DNA of 62,644 nucleotides, the filler included, from Squatina squatina (taxonomy: Eukaryota): the NCBI GenBank assembly GCA_031763465.1. It is 3 parts of 3 records of this genome, joined end to end, with 100 filler letters (N's around TTAATTAATTAA, not from the genome) between each part and the next. Parts side by side here need not be neighbours in the genome. Positions count along the whole stretch, not along the records: positions 30,408 to 43,831 come from JARFOE010000046.1; positions 43,932 to 62,644 come from JARFOE010000100.1; 1 more part is not named here. One strand, given 5' to 3'. The notes below the pieces were generated by a model, which was not told where the DNA came from, ran no database searches, and saw nothing but the letters and a program-made list of their open reading frames with translations. Each line of letters starts with the position of its first letter. Within the stretch, counting starts at the first letter, position 1. The translations under genes and the position numbers were made by a program. Of this stretch, positions 37,160 through 49,428 are shown piece after piece.

Positions 37160-37824
37160 NNNNNNNNNNNNNNNNNNNNNNNNNNNNNNNNNNNNNNNNN
37201 NNNNNNNNNNNNNNNNNNNNNNNNNNNNNNNNNNNNNNNNNNNNNNNNNNNNNNNNNNNAAATGACTGGAGTGCTGAACTGTGATTACAAAGTTGTCTGT
37301 TTTATTCATGTGACTTGAACAATAATGACCAATCCGAGGAAGGTCTCTGGAAAGCAGATCCTGAAGAATGGAGAGTTCGTCAGTGCTGTAGAGTACATCA
37401 TCAGCTGTCCATTAACTCATGTCACACCATCAGATCACACATAGAAAATAACACTCATTAACATCAGCCACCAACACACATAATAACGATTCACATAACA
37501 ATTCATCTGGCCACTTTAAAACAGATGCTTCAAAACTTCCACTTAATCAAACAGATCTCATCTATTACAAGATTAAATTAATATATAAATACATCAATAA
37601 GATTTTTGTATAAATTACATTTTGTTTTTTTATTTTCAGATCAGTGGTCTTGCTGTGACTGAATAAAAGTTTTTTTATTATTTGGGATTACGAGATATTT
37701 TACTGGTGCTTTGGGAATCGCATTCAATGATTCCGCCCATTTTCCCATGAAATACTTAAAATAGTGGCCTTGGTTATATTAAATTAAAACTGCTGTTGTA
37801 TAAACCCGTGAGGAACAAACCTCT

Positions 37825-38181
37825 TCACACATCAGTGCTGATACTTCGACTTCTGCTGAAAGCGTCTCTCGTCAGCTTGGCTCTGCCCATGGGCAGGTCC
37901 TTGGCATTCGTCAGCATTTCGAAATCCTCCTCGCTCATAGTGTTGTAGCTCACGCTGTCACCCCCGTTCCGTATCTCTTCAATCTGATGGACGTACAAGA
38001 GTGGTTTGCAGTGGGAGCAGAGAGCTCTGGAATGGGAGTGATCCTGGGGGTAGGCTACAGAACTGAAGTTAAGTCCATTACCGGCGCTGTGATTGTAGTA
38101 AGCAGCCGGCAGACGCGAATGCACTGCAAAATCTGGCTCCTCCTCATCGCCATCCCATTCCTCCCTCTTACAGCAATAATA
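37825..38181 (-). CDS. FAM163B: FAM163B terminal coding exon
   Basis: tttgcag|YYCCKREEWDGDEEEPDFAVHSRLP...RNGG...FSRSRSISTDV*; lies between ADAMTSL2 and DBH as in human 9q34. Confidence 0.92.
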   Translation of the reverse strand, partial: YYCCKREEWDGDEEEPDFAVHSRLPAAYYNHSAGNGLNFSSVAYPQDHSHSRALCSHCKPLLYVHQIEEIRNGGDSVSYNTMSEEDFEMLTNAKDLPMGRAKLTRDAFSRSRSISTDV

Positions 38182-38199
38182 CTGCAAAGAAAGAACAGA

Positions 38200-38318
38200 A
38201 CTTATGTAGTACTTTTCACAACCTCAGGATATCCCAGAGCACTTCACAGCCAATGAAGTACTTTTGGAGTGTAATCACAGTTGCAACGTGGGAAAAGTGG
38301 CAGCCAATATGCGCACAG
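38200..38318 (-). mobile_element. DeuSINE-like SINE tail
   Basis: Same family as 6405-6552. Confidence 0.65.
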
Positions 38319-38418
38319 NNNNNNNNNNNNNNNNNNNNNNNNNNNNNNNNNNNNNNNNNNNNNNNNNNNNNNNNNNNNNNNNNNNNNNNNNNNNNNNNNN
38401 NNNNNNNNNNNNNNNNNN

Positions 38419-38885
38419 TCTTTATTTGTCGGTAATTGTGTTCCCGCGTCTTTATTTGATGGTAATTGTGTTCCTGTGTCGTTATTTGATGGTAATTGTG
38501 TTCCTGTGTCTTTATTTGATGGTAATTGTTGTCCTCTGTCTTTATTTGATGGTAATTGTCTTCCTCTGTCTTTATTTGTTGGTATTTGTGTTCCTCTGAC
38601 TTTATTTGTTGGTAATTGTGTTCCTCTGACTTTATTTGATGGTAATCATGTTCCTGTGTCTTTATTTGATGGTACTTGTGTTCCTCTGACTTTATTTGAT
38701 GGTAATTGTGTTCCTGTGTCTTTATTTGATGGTAATTGTGTTCCTGTGTCTTTATTTGATTGTTCTTGTGTTCCTCTGACTTTATTAGATGGTAATTGTG
38801 TTCCTCTGACTTTATTAGATGGTAATTGTGTTCCTCTGACTTTATTTGATGGTAATTGTTTTCCTCTGACTTTATTTGATGACAT
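38419..38885. repeat. 30 bp minisatellite, ~15 copies, abutting the DBH acceptor
   Basis: Unit TTTATTTGATGGTAATTGTGTTCCT(G/C)TG(T/A)C. Confidence 0.95.
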
Positions 38886-38905
38886 TTCTGTTCTCGTGCC
38901 ATTAG

Positions 38906-39052
38906 GATGCCTGGACTGATCAACAGGCTCAAATTCATTTGGACACACAGCAGGATTACCAGCTGATTGATGCTCACCAATCTGACCAAGGCCTTTACCT
39001 CACCTTCAAGAGATACTTCGACACTTGTGACAAAAGAGACTACATCATTGAG
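38906..39052 (+). CDS. DBH: Dopamine beta-hydroxylase exon 2 (DOMON domain), 147 nt
   Basis: attag|DAWTDQQAQIHLDTQQDYQLIDAHQSDQGLYLTFKRYFDTCDKRDYIIE|gtgcgt. Confidence 0.92.
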
Positions 39053-39265
39053 GTGCGTGTGCCTTCANNNNNNNNNNCTGGATGATGTACTATGCCACAG
39101 GGCTATGGAACAGTTGGCCTGAGAGATCAAGTGCCTTCAGGTGGAACATCATTCTCTTGTTGAATATCACTGTATGGGAGTGGGCCCTTTAAATCCATAC
39201 TTATTTCTGATTGGCTGAGTAGGCTGTGTCTATCTCTGTCCAACTGATTGTTCTCTTCCTTCTAG

Positions 39266-39523
39266 GGTGGAACAGTCCATCTCCTGTACGGATTCCTTGA
39301 GCAACCAGCAGCATCACTGGAATCAATAAACCTGAGGTCAATGAGTGCGGGCGTTCAGCGTGTACAGCTCCTGAAGCCAACTATCCGCATGCCCACACTG
39401 CCCTCAGATGTTAAGGTGCTGGAGATCCTCGCCCCCAATGTGACAATTCCTGACCAGGAGACAACCTACTGGTGTTACATTAGCCGTCTGCCCAGCGACC
39501 TCCCCAAACCTCATATTGTTATG
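39266..39523 (+). CDS. DBH: Dopamine beta-hydroxylase exon 3, 258 nt, with a GC donor
   Basis: tctag|GGTVHLLYGFLEQP...GVQRVQLLKP...APNVTIPDQETTYWCYISRLPSDLPKPHIVM|gcaagt. Confidence 0.9.
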
Positions 39524-39589
39524 GCAAGTACCGTGTGAATGGTGAATAGAGCCAAGGGTCGGTGGATGAACATAGTTCAGTTAATGGGC

Positions 39590-40265
39590 AGACGGTCAGT
39601 GGGTGAGCAGAGGGTCGGTGGGTGAGTGTCAGTGGGTGAGGGTCAGTGGGTGAGCAGAGTGACCGTGGGAGAGCAGAGGGTCGGTGGGTGAGGGTCAGTG
39701 GATGAGTGTCGGTGGGTGAGGTTCAGTGGATGAGCAGAGGACAGTGGGTGAGCAGAGGTCGGTGGGTGAGCAAAGCTCAGAGGGTGAGGGTCAGTGGTTG
39801 AGGGTCAGTGGATGAGCAAAGGTCAGAGGGTGAGGGTCAGTGGTTGAGGGTCGGTGGGTGAGCAGAGGTTCGGTGGGTGAGGGTTGGTGGGAGAGGGTCG
39901 GTGGATGAGTAGACGTCGGTGGGTGAGGGTCGGTGTGTGAGTGTCAGTGGGTGAGGGTCGGTGGGTGAGCAGGGGGTCGGTGGATGAGCTGAGGTCGGTG
40001 GGTAAGGGTCGGTGGGTGAGGGTCGATGGATGAGCAGAGGTCAGTTGATGAGCAGAGGTCGGTGGGTGAGGGTCAGTGGGTGAGCAGCGGTCGGTGGGTG
40101 AGGTTTGGCCGGTCAGCAGAGGTCAGTGGGTGAGCAGAGGTCAGTGGGTGAGGGTCGGTGGGTGAGGGTCGGTGTGTGATGGTCAGGGGGTGAGGGTCGG
40201 TGGGTGAGGGTTGGTGGGTGAGGGTCGGGGTGTGAGGGTCGGTGGGAGTGGGTCCGTGGGTGAGG
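39590..40265 (+). repeat. G-rich minisatellite, 14-19 bp units
   Basis: GAGGGTCGGTGGGT and GAGCAGAGGTCGGTGGGT variants. Confidence 0.92.
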
Positions 40266-40365
40266 NNNNNNNNNNNNNNNNNNNNNNNNNNNNNNNNNNN
40301 NNNNNNNNNNNNNNNNNNNNNNNNNNNNNNNNNNNNNNNNNNNNNNNNNNNNNNNNNNNNNNNNN

Positions 40366-41635
40366 ATGTTAAGCTGGCTGGTCTATAGTTCCCTGGACAT
40401 GTTCGATCTCCCTTCGTCCATATAGGTATTACTTGAGCTATCCACTAGTCCTCCGGCACTACACCTTTTTCTAACAAATTATTAAATGTGTAGAAATGCA
40501 TCTGCTGTCTCCTCTTTAGAATCCATCCAGACTAGGCATTCCATCCTCTGAGTTTAATTAGTTTATTTAATATTTCTCTTTTTAATTCAAATGTGGTTAT
40601 ATCATTTCTAATCGCACCTTTCAATGTCATGTCCACCTGACCGGTTTCCCTGGTAAATACTGAAGCAAAGAAATTATTTAATATTTCTGCCATTTCGCTA
40701 TCGCTGCTTGTGATGTTATCCTGGCCATCCCTTCGTGGTCCTATTCGCATCCTGACTTTATTTATGTACTTGTAGAATATTTTACTATTTTGTTTTATGT
40801 TCCTAGATAATTTAATTTCATAGTTCCACTTTGCCTTCCTAATTGCTTTTTGAACTAATCGCTTAGTATTCTCCCTTATCCTGCTCTCTTCTGTCCATGT
40901 ACTTAATTTATGCCTCTTTCCACAACATCATTTTTTCCCTTATGTCTTTATATTTCCATGGAGTCTCATTAGTTTTTAGCTCATTCTTGATTTTTAGTGG
41001 AATAGGTTCTTCCTGGACTCTGTTGAACACTGTTTGAAATGTTCCCTATCATTGCTCGTCAATATTGTTGTCCATTTTGTTTTCCCAAGTTCTATTCTCA
41101 GCCCTTCACAATTGTCTTTCCTCCAATCTATTCGCCTGGTCTTCATCATATTTATGTCCTTCTGAATTATCTTAAAGCAGATTATATCATAAAATAGGAC
41201 CATAGAAATCTGTGTTTTTGGTTCTTGACCCTTCCACCTGTAGGAGTAATTTCTCTCTATCTACTCTGGTAGATCATCTATATCATGGTTATTATTGCCT
41301 AGATGGTCCCTGACTTTTACTTATCTTATCTGCTCTGGTTCATGCCCTGTTAACAGAACCAGTAGCAAATCCTCCCTTGTCAGGTTGGAAAGGAGTCCTG
41401 TACACATTGTAGGCCTCCACTCTCATCCCCTTTATCTACCTCATTTGGTCAATTAATTTCAGTGTAATTAAAATCCCCCGTGACTGTTATTCTATGTTTT
41501 TTACTTATTTCCCTAATTTGTCTGCATATTCCTTCCTCCACCTCCCTTCCACTTTAGGTGGTCTGTAGACTACGCCTATTATTGTGATGGATCCTTTATT
41601 ATCTTTTATCTCGAGCTACACGGATTCTATTTCTG
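40366..41635 (-). mobile_element. CR1 LINE ORF2 fragments, degraded
   Basis: EMAEILNNFFASVFTRE, YRPVSLT-like and endonuclease motifs, with stops. Confidence 0.8.
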
Positions 41636-41735
41636 NNNNNNNNNNNNNNNNNNNNNNNNNNNNNNNNNNNNNNNNNNNNNNNNNNNNNNNNNNNNNNNNN
41701 NNNNNNNNNNNNNNNNNNNNNNNNNNNNNNNNNNN

Positions 41736-42497
41736 TCCACGATGACATGAAAGCTGTGATCCTCACCAATGGATCCACCACAGACCCAATACAAGTGCAA
41801 ACTGGGTCAAGCAAGGCTGTGTCATCGCACCAATGCTTTTCTCCATCTTCCTCGCTGCAACACTCCATCCCATCTCCATGAAGTTCCCCGCTGGAGTGGA
41901 GCTAATCTACAGGATCAGCGGGAAACTATTCAAACTCCGTCGCCTCAAGTCCAGAACCAAGATCACTCCAACCTCTGTCATCGAGCTTCAGTATGCAGAT
42001 GACGCTTGTGCGTGTGCGCACACTCAGAGGCCGAGCTCCAAACCATCGTCGATTCATTCACTGAGGCGTACGAGAGAACGGGGCTTACGCTAAACATCCG
42101 AAAGACAAAGGTCCCTTACAAACCTGCCCCTGCCGCACAACACTGCCCCCCGACTATCAAGATCCATAGCGAGACCTTGGACAACACGGACCACCTTCCA
42201 TACCTTGGGAGCCTGCTCTCAGCGAAGGCAGACATCAATGATTAAACCCAACACCGTCTCCAGTGTGCCAGTACAGCCTTCAGCCGCCTGAGGAAAAGCA
42301 TGTTCAAAGACCAAGACCTCAAACCCGGCACCAAGTTCATGGCCTATGGGACAGCAGTGATACCAGCCCTTCTGTATGTATCAGAGATATGGACAATTTA
42401 CAGTAGACACTTCAAAGCACTGGAGAAGTATCACCAACGTTGCCTGTGCAAAATCCAGCAAAGCCACTGGCAGGATAGGCGTAGCAATATCAGGGTC
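41736..42497 (+). mobile_element. RTE-clade LINE reverse transcriptase fragment
   Basis: KQGCVIAP.LF...ELQYADD...LNIRKTKV...YLGS...LLYVSEIWT...WQDRRSN, with frameshifts and a stop. Confidence 0.9.
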
Positions 42498-42597
42498 NNN
42501 NNNNNNNNNNNNNNNNNNNNNNNNNNNNNNNNNNNNNNNNNNNNNNNNNNNNNNNNNNNNNNNNNNNNNNNNNNNNNNNNNNNNNNNNNNNNNNNNN

Positions 42598-42765
42598 GCC
42601 AATAGTGTAGATCAGTTTAAGGGGAAGCTGGATAAACACACGAGGGAGAAAGGAATCGAAGGATATGCTGATAGGGCGAGATGGAGAGGGTCGGAGGAGG
42701 CTCAAGTGGAGCTTCAACGCAGGCACGGAGCAGTTGGGCCAAATAACCTGTTTCTGTGCTGTAAC
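42598..42765 (+). mobile_element. CR1 3' end
   Basis: ANSVDQFKGKLDKHTREKGIEGY plus a CR1-type 3' UTR. Confidence 0.7.
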
Positions 42766-42879
42766 ATTTATCTGTATTGTGCGTCGGCATTTTCTACTGA
42801 AATTAGTGCACAGCAGAGTCGCCATAGCCACATCTGTGGCTAGTCAGTGATTTTTATTGAACAACACTGCTCTAATGCT

Positions 42880-43160
42880 CCATGGCGTGCCGTGTGGGGT
42901 ACTAACCTTCCATCCCTGAGCTGTGTCAATCGTAGACTGGTTGGAGGTTGGGTGTTAAAATTGGCCTCAGCACCTCCTGGATCAGGGAGCAGACAAGTCA
43001 GTGAGAATTCTCACTTCTGGCCACTGAGAATCCTGCTGGGAACTGCAGTGTTGTGGGGAGGGTGGGGAGGACAGGATCAGACTCCGCTGTAATGGCCCCA
43101 CAGCCCAAAAGCCGACGGTCTCGGTTTCACACGAGGAATCGGCATGAAGAGCTCACAGGT
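42880..43160 (+). mobile_element. Diverged AmnSINE2-like element
   Basis: AATTGGCCTCAGCACC..CTGG...CCTGCTGGGAA...GGACAGGATCAGACT, aligning by eye with the element at 2563-2930. Confidence 0.5.
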
Positions 43161-43724
43161 GAGNNNNNNNNNNCAGAATCCTTTCATTTCTGCCTCTGGA
43201 ACTGTTGTGTTTAAAAATTCAAAGCGCTGGATAGTGAAAGGAGACACATTGTAACAAGGGCTGAAACTATCCAATCGCAACATTCAGGAAATGAAAAGAA
43301 ACAGATGCTTTTATTTGCTGTTTGTGTGAAACATGTAGTCTATGTCGCAATCGCTGTCTGATCGGCGTCTCTGCCCCAATACTCCACTTCAGGCAGGGTA
43401 AGAGCGCTGACTTCTGCTGTAATCCAAGTCCTGCTTCCTTCCTTCAAGCAGGACACCAGGAATCCGATTCTCCCAGTCTCTCTCCAAACCAGCTGCAATC
43501 CACACATTAGCCAGTGCAAAAAACTGTACCAAGTTACATTTTCAATTCATTCCTAAATAAATTCAGTGATAATTAACTATAATTCCATTTAACCCACAAT
43601 GAACCCAAATATATACATTGGCATCAGCCTAAAAACATTCCTTAAAATATTCACATACATTGTGGTATTGCTATTTGGTAAAATAATTACAAATGATTTT
43701 TTTTAGAAAGGATTCTCACACTAG

Positions 43725-43800
43725 CGCACACACACACACACCCAGCCACACACCATGTGCACACACATTCTCCCACACACACACACACCCCTGCATACAC
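43725..43800. repeat. Interrupted (CA)n microsatellite
   Basis: CACACA runs. Confidence 0.85.
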
Positions 43801-43831
43801 TACTGAAAATTACTTCTAATTCTGATTGGTT

Positions 43832-43931
43832 NNNNNNNNNNNNNNNNNNNNNNNNNNNNNNNNNNNNNNNNNNNNTTAATTAATTAANNNNNNNNNNNNN
43901 NNNNNNNNNNNNNNNNNNNNNNNNNNNNNNN
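43832..43931. other. Artificial scaffold linker N44-TTAATTAATTAA-N44
   Basis: 12-mer at 43876-43887. Confidence 0.95.
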
Positions 43932-44749
43932 ATGCACATCAGCTCTAGGAATTTGCGCATTTAGTTTTTAAACAAAATAAATCCCATTGAGTTTTATAAT
44001 AAATGGGTAATACTGGAGTGAGAGATAACAAAAGTGCTCAATGCTCAAGTCCTTCAACTCTATGTTTCTTTTGCCACATTAGCAGGCTAAAATTCTATGT
44101 ATTGTAATCCACATTCTACTGGGCCTATAAATATGCAAAATATGAAAGATCACAAACATGACTNNNNNNNNNNTACCTTTACTCTCAGACAATTCGCATT
44201 TTAAATATACTAAGAGGAAAAAAAACTATACCATGTTCAGATTTAACTGTAAACCCTCTCCAGATATTGCAAATGCGAACACATTTTTTCATTAAGATGG
44301 AACAAACGTTCTTAGTACTGCGGGGCTGATACCTACAAGCTCTGAAGTTGGACTGTTGTAAACAGCAGTCACGCATGGCCGTGGCCTGCAACGTAGCATC
44401 ATCATCAGCAGCAGCAGCAAAGAGGGGGCGGATAAATAGAAGCCTTTAAACCAGATTAAACCCCATTTTCAACAGCCAGCAACGTTCCTCTTCTCCAATA
44501 TATATATATGTTTTAAATTACAACCCCAAACTCCAAACTCCAACAAGACTGCATCATTAACACAGAGAAATATTTATATATTACAGTGTAAAATTTGCAC
44601 TTCATTTAAAAATAAGATCTTTTTAAATAAAAAAAAGGAGGTTGGAATTNNNNNNNNNNNNNNNNNNNNNNNNNNNNNNNNNNNNNNNNNNNNNNNNNNN
44701 NNNNNNNNNNNNNNNNNNNNNNNNNNNNNNNNNNNNNNNNNNNNNNNNN

Positions 44750-44934
44750 CTCCAGCCTCTTCGTTCGACTTGCCCGGGACACTAGACAGCCCCGCTCCGA
44801 ATCTCCAACTTGGGGGGTGGGGTGCTGAATATCGCAAGGCCACGTGGATCCAGGACCCTTAGGTAAGTACGTAACTTTTTTTTGCGATTAGAGGCATCCG
44901 CACACAGGAAGCCTCCAATCGCAATTTCAGGGCC
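44750..44934. mobile_element. Non-autonomous DNA transposon end
   Basis: GGAAGCCTCCAATCGCAATTTCAGGGCC, related to termini at 55270-55299 and (inverted) 56494-56521. Confidence 0.6.
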
Positions 44935-45315
44935 ACAGTCTATCAAAACACAAGTGCCAAATAAACTTTACAAGAAGCCCAGAGACCACAATACAATTGT
45001 GACTAGCTAAAGAAAACTAATGGTTAACAATTACATTTCTGGTGTGGGAGAGAGTAGAGATCAACTGCAGAAAGAAAAGCTCACCCCCAAATAAAACCTT
45101 ATGTACACAGCAACATAGGGTGATTAGCGGACTGCTCAGGATGTGTATTTCTTATAATGCCAAGTGCCCTGCAGCTGATTTTCTGGTTTTTATTCTAGTT
45201 TGCTGGCACAGTATCAGGGAAATGGCTCTGTTGGCAGTTGAGCAGTGTCAGCATGGACAGTATTGGGTAAAAAAGATCTGCATCAACAACCAATTGTAGA
45301 GTCTTTTTCCATTTT

Positions 45316-45710
45316 TGGGATGTGGTTGCTGCTGGCAAGGTCACTATTTACCCTCATTCTCAGCTGCCCCGACTTGGTGGTGGTGGTCCTTCTTCAACCG
45401 CTGCAATCTGTGTGGTATTCTTTATAGAGGTTTGATACAACTGAATGGCTTCCTGGGCCACAATAGTCAACCTCAATGGCGTGGGACTGGAGTCATTTAT
45501 GGGCCAGACCGGGTAAGAACGGCAGGTTCCCCACCCTAATAGACATTAGTTGATCAGTTGGGTTTTTCCGACAGCTTCATGGTCATTTTTACTGATAACC
45601 ATTCTACATTTTCTTTTAAACTGAACTCGAATTGTTGAACTGCCACGGTAGGATTTTAACTCGCGTTCTCTGGAATATTAGTTCAGTAATATAACCACAA
45701 CGCTACTATA
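45316..45710 (-). mobile_element. tRNA-derived SINE with LINE-derived tail
   Basis: Minus strand GTAGCGTTGTGGTTATATTACTG...GAGTTAAAATCC resembles A/B boxes. Confidence 0.55.
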
Positions 45711-47170
45711 CCCTTATTGGATTCCCTTAACCGTGGCGGCAACGATGATTTGCCAAATGTGTCAAAATTTCACGTTCTTTCATTCAGGAACGTGCGTTCC
45801 AGCCAAAGGAAAGGCACTTTTTAAATTCTGTTCTTCCATAGCCCAAATATATCTGGTTTGGCCAACATACCAATGACCTTCAAGATACAGTAGCACTCGA
45901 GTCAAAAAATGTGGTACAGTTCTATACTCACGGCAAAAATAGCGAAGTATCCTTCAGACCAAAGACACAAGAATCTGAATTATTTTTCGATTCGCACTAA
46001 GTGCAGAAACGAGGCTTACCTGACAGATGTGAAATTTCCTCCAGCAATTTATTTTGCTTTTGCTTGAGGTTGTAGACTTGAGTCACAAATGCTACCAGGT
46101 GCTTTGAATTTGTGGGTACAAGAGCCAGCAACCTGTGGGCTTCATTCAAAGTTAGATTGTTAGTTCTTTACCTGTAAGATGGATTGCAAGGTGTCCTGTA
46201 TGGATGGAATGGATATGTTTTTCCTCTTGCCCTTGGATGTGAAGATGCAGATAATGTTGCAGTATCGTCTATTGTTGAGATTATCTATTTTTGCAACCAC
46301 CCTCTGGCCTCTTCAGCAGAGGGTCTTTTTGGTAAGCAGATCTGCATAGCTGAGTGGGGTCCCACCTGAAATCTGTCCTGGATCCTGTGGGGCAGTGTTC
46401 CTTTGAAGAATGGTGTGGGTTTCTGGGTGGTCTCTATGGAAGCCAGTGATTGCTATGTTTACATTGGAATATTTTTGACACTGTAAGTTGGAGGTGTTCC
46501 CTGTTTGTGACGTATCTCATTGAATGTTGAACAAGTTGAAAATGTTCAAAAAAATATGAAGAACACTTTGGAAGGTTGATTTCAATGAATCCTAATCTTA
46601 TCCCGAAACATTATAGGGAGAGGAGATAAAAGATAATTTTGAAAAAGGAATTGATTTTTTTAAATGAACAGGAGGGAAGGAAAATGTAGGAGTAGCTTTA
46701 AAAATACACAAGAAATCTCATATTGGAACAATCTTCAGAATTAAACTTGATGATTAATTTTGAGGATTAATTAGTGTACTAGGAATTGATGTCCTTATTG
46801 CCTTGGCTTTTATAGATTGGAATGGTGGTGTCATTTCAAAATCATGGACAAGGTCCAAGCAACAGTTACAACTACCTAATATTATATGGTTCCAACTGTC
46901 AGAAAAATAAACATTAATTCTCCTCAAGGCGGGTGAAAGAGTTTTTATTTCTCTAGCAGTAAATTTGCTTCTGCTCCATAAAATTGACTCCTTCCCTTGC
47001 CAACACAACAGCAACAATGTTTTATCTCAATGTCTACTGAGCTGAAAATCCAGTTAGCGAATCCCAGGGANNNNNNNNNNNNNNNNNNNNNNNNNNNNNN
47101 NNNNNNNNNNNNNNNNNNNNNNNNNNNNNNNNNNNNNNNNNNNNNNNNNNNNNNNNNNNNNNNNNNNNNN

Positions 47171-47690
47171 GGACATAATTGCTCTGGAGAGAGTACAGAG
47201 AAGATTTACAAGAATGTTGCCAGGGCTTGAGAATTGCAGCTACGAGGGGAGACTGGATAGGCTCGGGGTTGTTTTCCTTGGAACAGAGAAGGCTAAGGGG
47301 TGACTTGATTGAGGTGTGCAAAATTATGGGGGGCCTAGATAGAGTAGACAGGAAGAACCTGTTTCCCAAGCGGAGAGTTCAAGAACCAGAGGATATAGAT
47401 TTAAGCTGATTGGTAGAAGGATTAGAGGGGACATGAGGAAAATTTTTTTTACCCAGAGGGTGGTGGGTGTCTGGAATTCACTGCCCAAACTGGTGGTGGA
47501 GGCAGAAACCCTCAACTCTTTTAAAAGGTGCCTGGACCTGCACCTAAAGTGCTGTAAGCTGCAGGGGCTATGGACCGGGTGCTGGAAGGTGGGATTAGAA
47601 TGGGTACCGAGTTGTTCTTCGAGCCAGCACAGACACAATGGGCTGAATGGCCCCCTTCTGTGCTGTATCCTTCCTATGGTTCTATGGTTC
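47171..47690 (+). mobile_element. CR1 LINE 3' end
   Basis: LFSLEQRRLRGDLIEVCKIM...FFTQRVVGVWNSLP, with tail TTCTATGGTTCTA. Confidence 0.9.
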
Positions 47691-47691
47691 T

Positions 47692-48100
47692 AATCAGTTG
47701 GTAGCATTCTCCCTTTGAAGTCAGGAGATTCAAGCCCCACTTCAGGGCTTGAGCACATAAACAAGACTGCCACTCCAGCACAGTACTGATGAAGTGAGGA
47801 ACTACCTTTAGAATGAAAGGTTAAACTAAGTCCCTCGCTGCCTATTTAGGGGGATTTAAAAGATCCCACGGCACTATTTCATAGACGAGATGAGGAGTTT
47901 TGGCGTCCTAGCCAAATCATTTATCCCTCAACAAACGTCACAAAGACAAATTATCTGGTAATCTATCTCATTTCTGTTGTGGTGTATAAATTGGCTTCCA
48001 AAATTGTCTATAAAATAAATGAAGACCCTTCAAAAAGTAATTAATTGGCTGTGAGGCACTTTGGGACATGTGAAAGCCATAATATAAATGCAAATTCCTA
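47692..48100 (+). mobile_element. DeuSINE-like SINE
   Basis: tRNA-like head (GGTAGCATTCT...GATTCAAGCCCCAC) and tail CACTTTGGGACATGTGAAAG...ATAAATGCAA. Confidence 0.7.
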
Positions 48101-49428
48101 TTCGTTAGATAACTTGGCCAAGGCATTAGTGTGTATTTCAAATCTTTCTACTTAAAGGGGGCAGAAATTGACACCTGGAATTTCTGTAGGGTCTCCAGTG
48201 TGAGATTAACAGAACCTCTGGAAAAACAATGTGTATGGCTAAAACCAGCCACCTACACTGCATCTAGGGGGTTCTGCTCATCTCATGCTGAAGTTATAAC
48301 AGGAGATTGGGGAAAATCCTATGGAAATTCAGTACTTGAATGTCTCACTGATGCAGGTGAACTTTATGCTTCATTTCATTTGTATGAAAAACCATTATAA
48401 CTCATTCATTATAAATCTTTCAAATTCATAATAGATATACCATAATTAGTGAGATATTGTTTAATGTATACATAGTACTTTATTCTGCATTCTATGAAAA
48501 TTATAACTTTATAATCTATGTTCTTGCAGCAGTGTGTGCTTTCTGTAATTCTACTCCCGGGATTGAAGATTTTTATTGTCATGCTTCATCTCGGACATCA
48601 TAAACCTGTGTTTCATTTCCATCCCCAAGTGTATACAGAGAACAGTACACAAAATATGACGGCCTGGAGGTGGATTAAAGATTTGCATGGTGTCTTCATT
48701 CTATGCTCTGGTGTCAAGTACACAAAAGGTCACACATCTGTTTGCAATTTACCCTGACCATCTATAAATAATATATATAATTATCTGTCAGAAACAGCCT
48801 AATAATATATCACAGATCCATTATTCCTTCAGATTTTCCATCTTGTAGCATCTTGAAATAGCATTGACACCAAATGGTTAATAAAAATAACTTCAAATAA
48901 AATACCAGCAAATGTACTCCATTTCATATATAGATTGTATGTCATACAGCAGTCACTATGCAGTTTATTCTTAGGGGAACAGCAATGTTTCTGTACAATA
49001 TTTAACAATCTCTTCCATCTATCCATCCAGGCCTTTCCCTGGGTCTCTGTTTGCTAGATATTTGCAAAAAAATCCCAAGTACATATTCAGTATTACAGTA
49101 ATTTGTGCCCACAATTGCACAGAACATTGATACAGACTAAAGCAAACATAACTGTTTAGAGGTAAGTGTATCACAAACTGCTTTAAGAACTCTCTGTTGG
49201 CAAGTTCTGAGGTAAGCAACACTTAATATAGAATGCCATTTGTATCATTCTGTCCACAAAGCATCTTATGAGTGGTCTAAGAATATTTGAACTTAATAGA
49301 AATAGTCATTATATTGCATAATTAATAANNNNNNNNNNNNNNNNNNNNNNNNNNNNNNNNNNNNNNNNNNNNNNNNNNNNNNNNNNNNNNNNNNNNNNNN
49401 NNNNNNNNNNNNNNNNNNNNNNNNNNNN

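Noticed and set aside
38216-38989. 257-aa ORF with HQIKTQEHNY repeats
   Set aside because: Translation of the 30-bp minisatellite, antisense to DBH, running across a gap into a SINE
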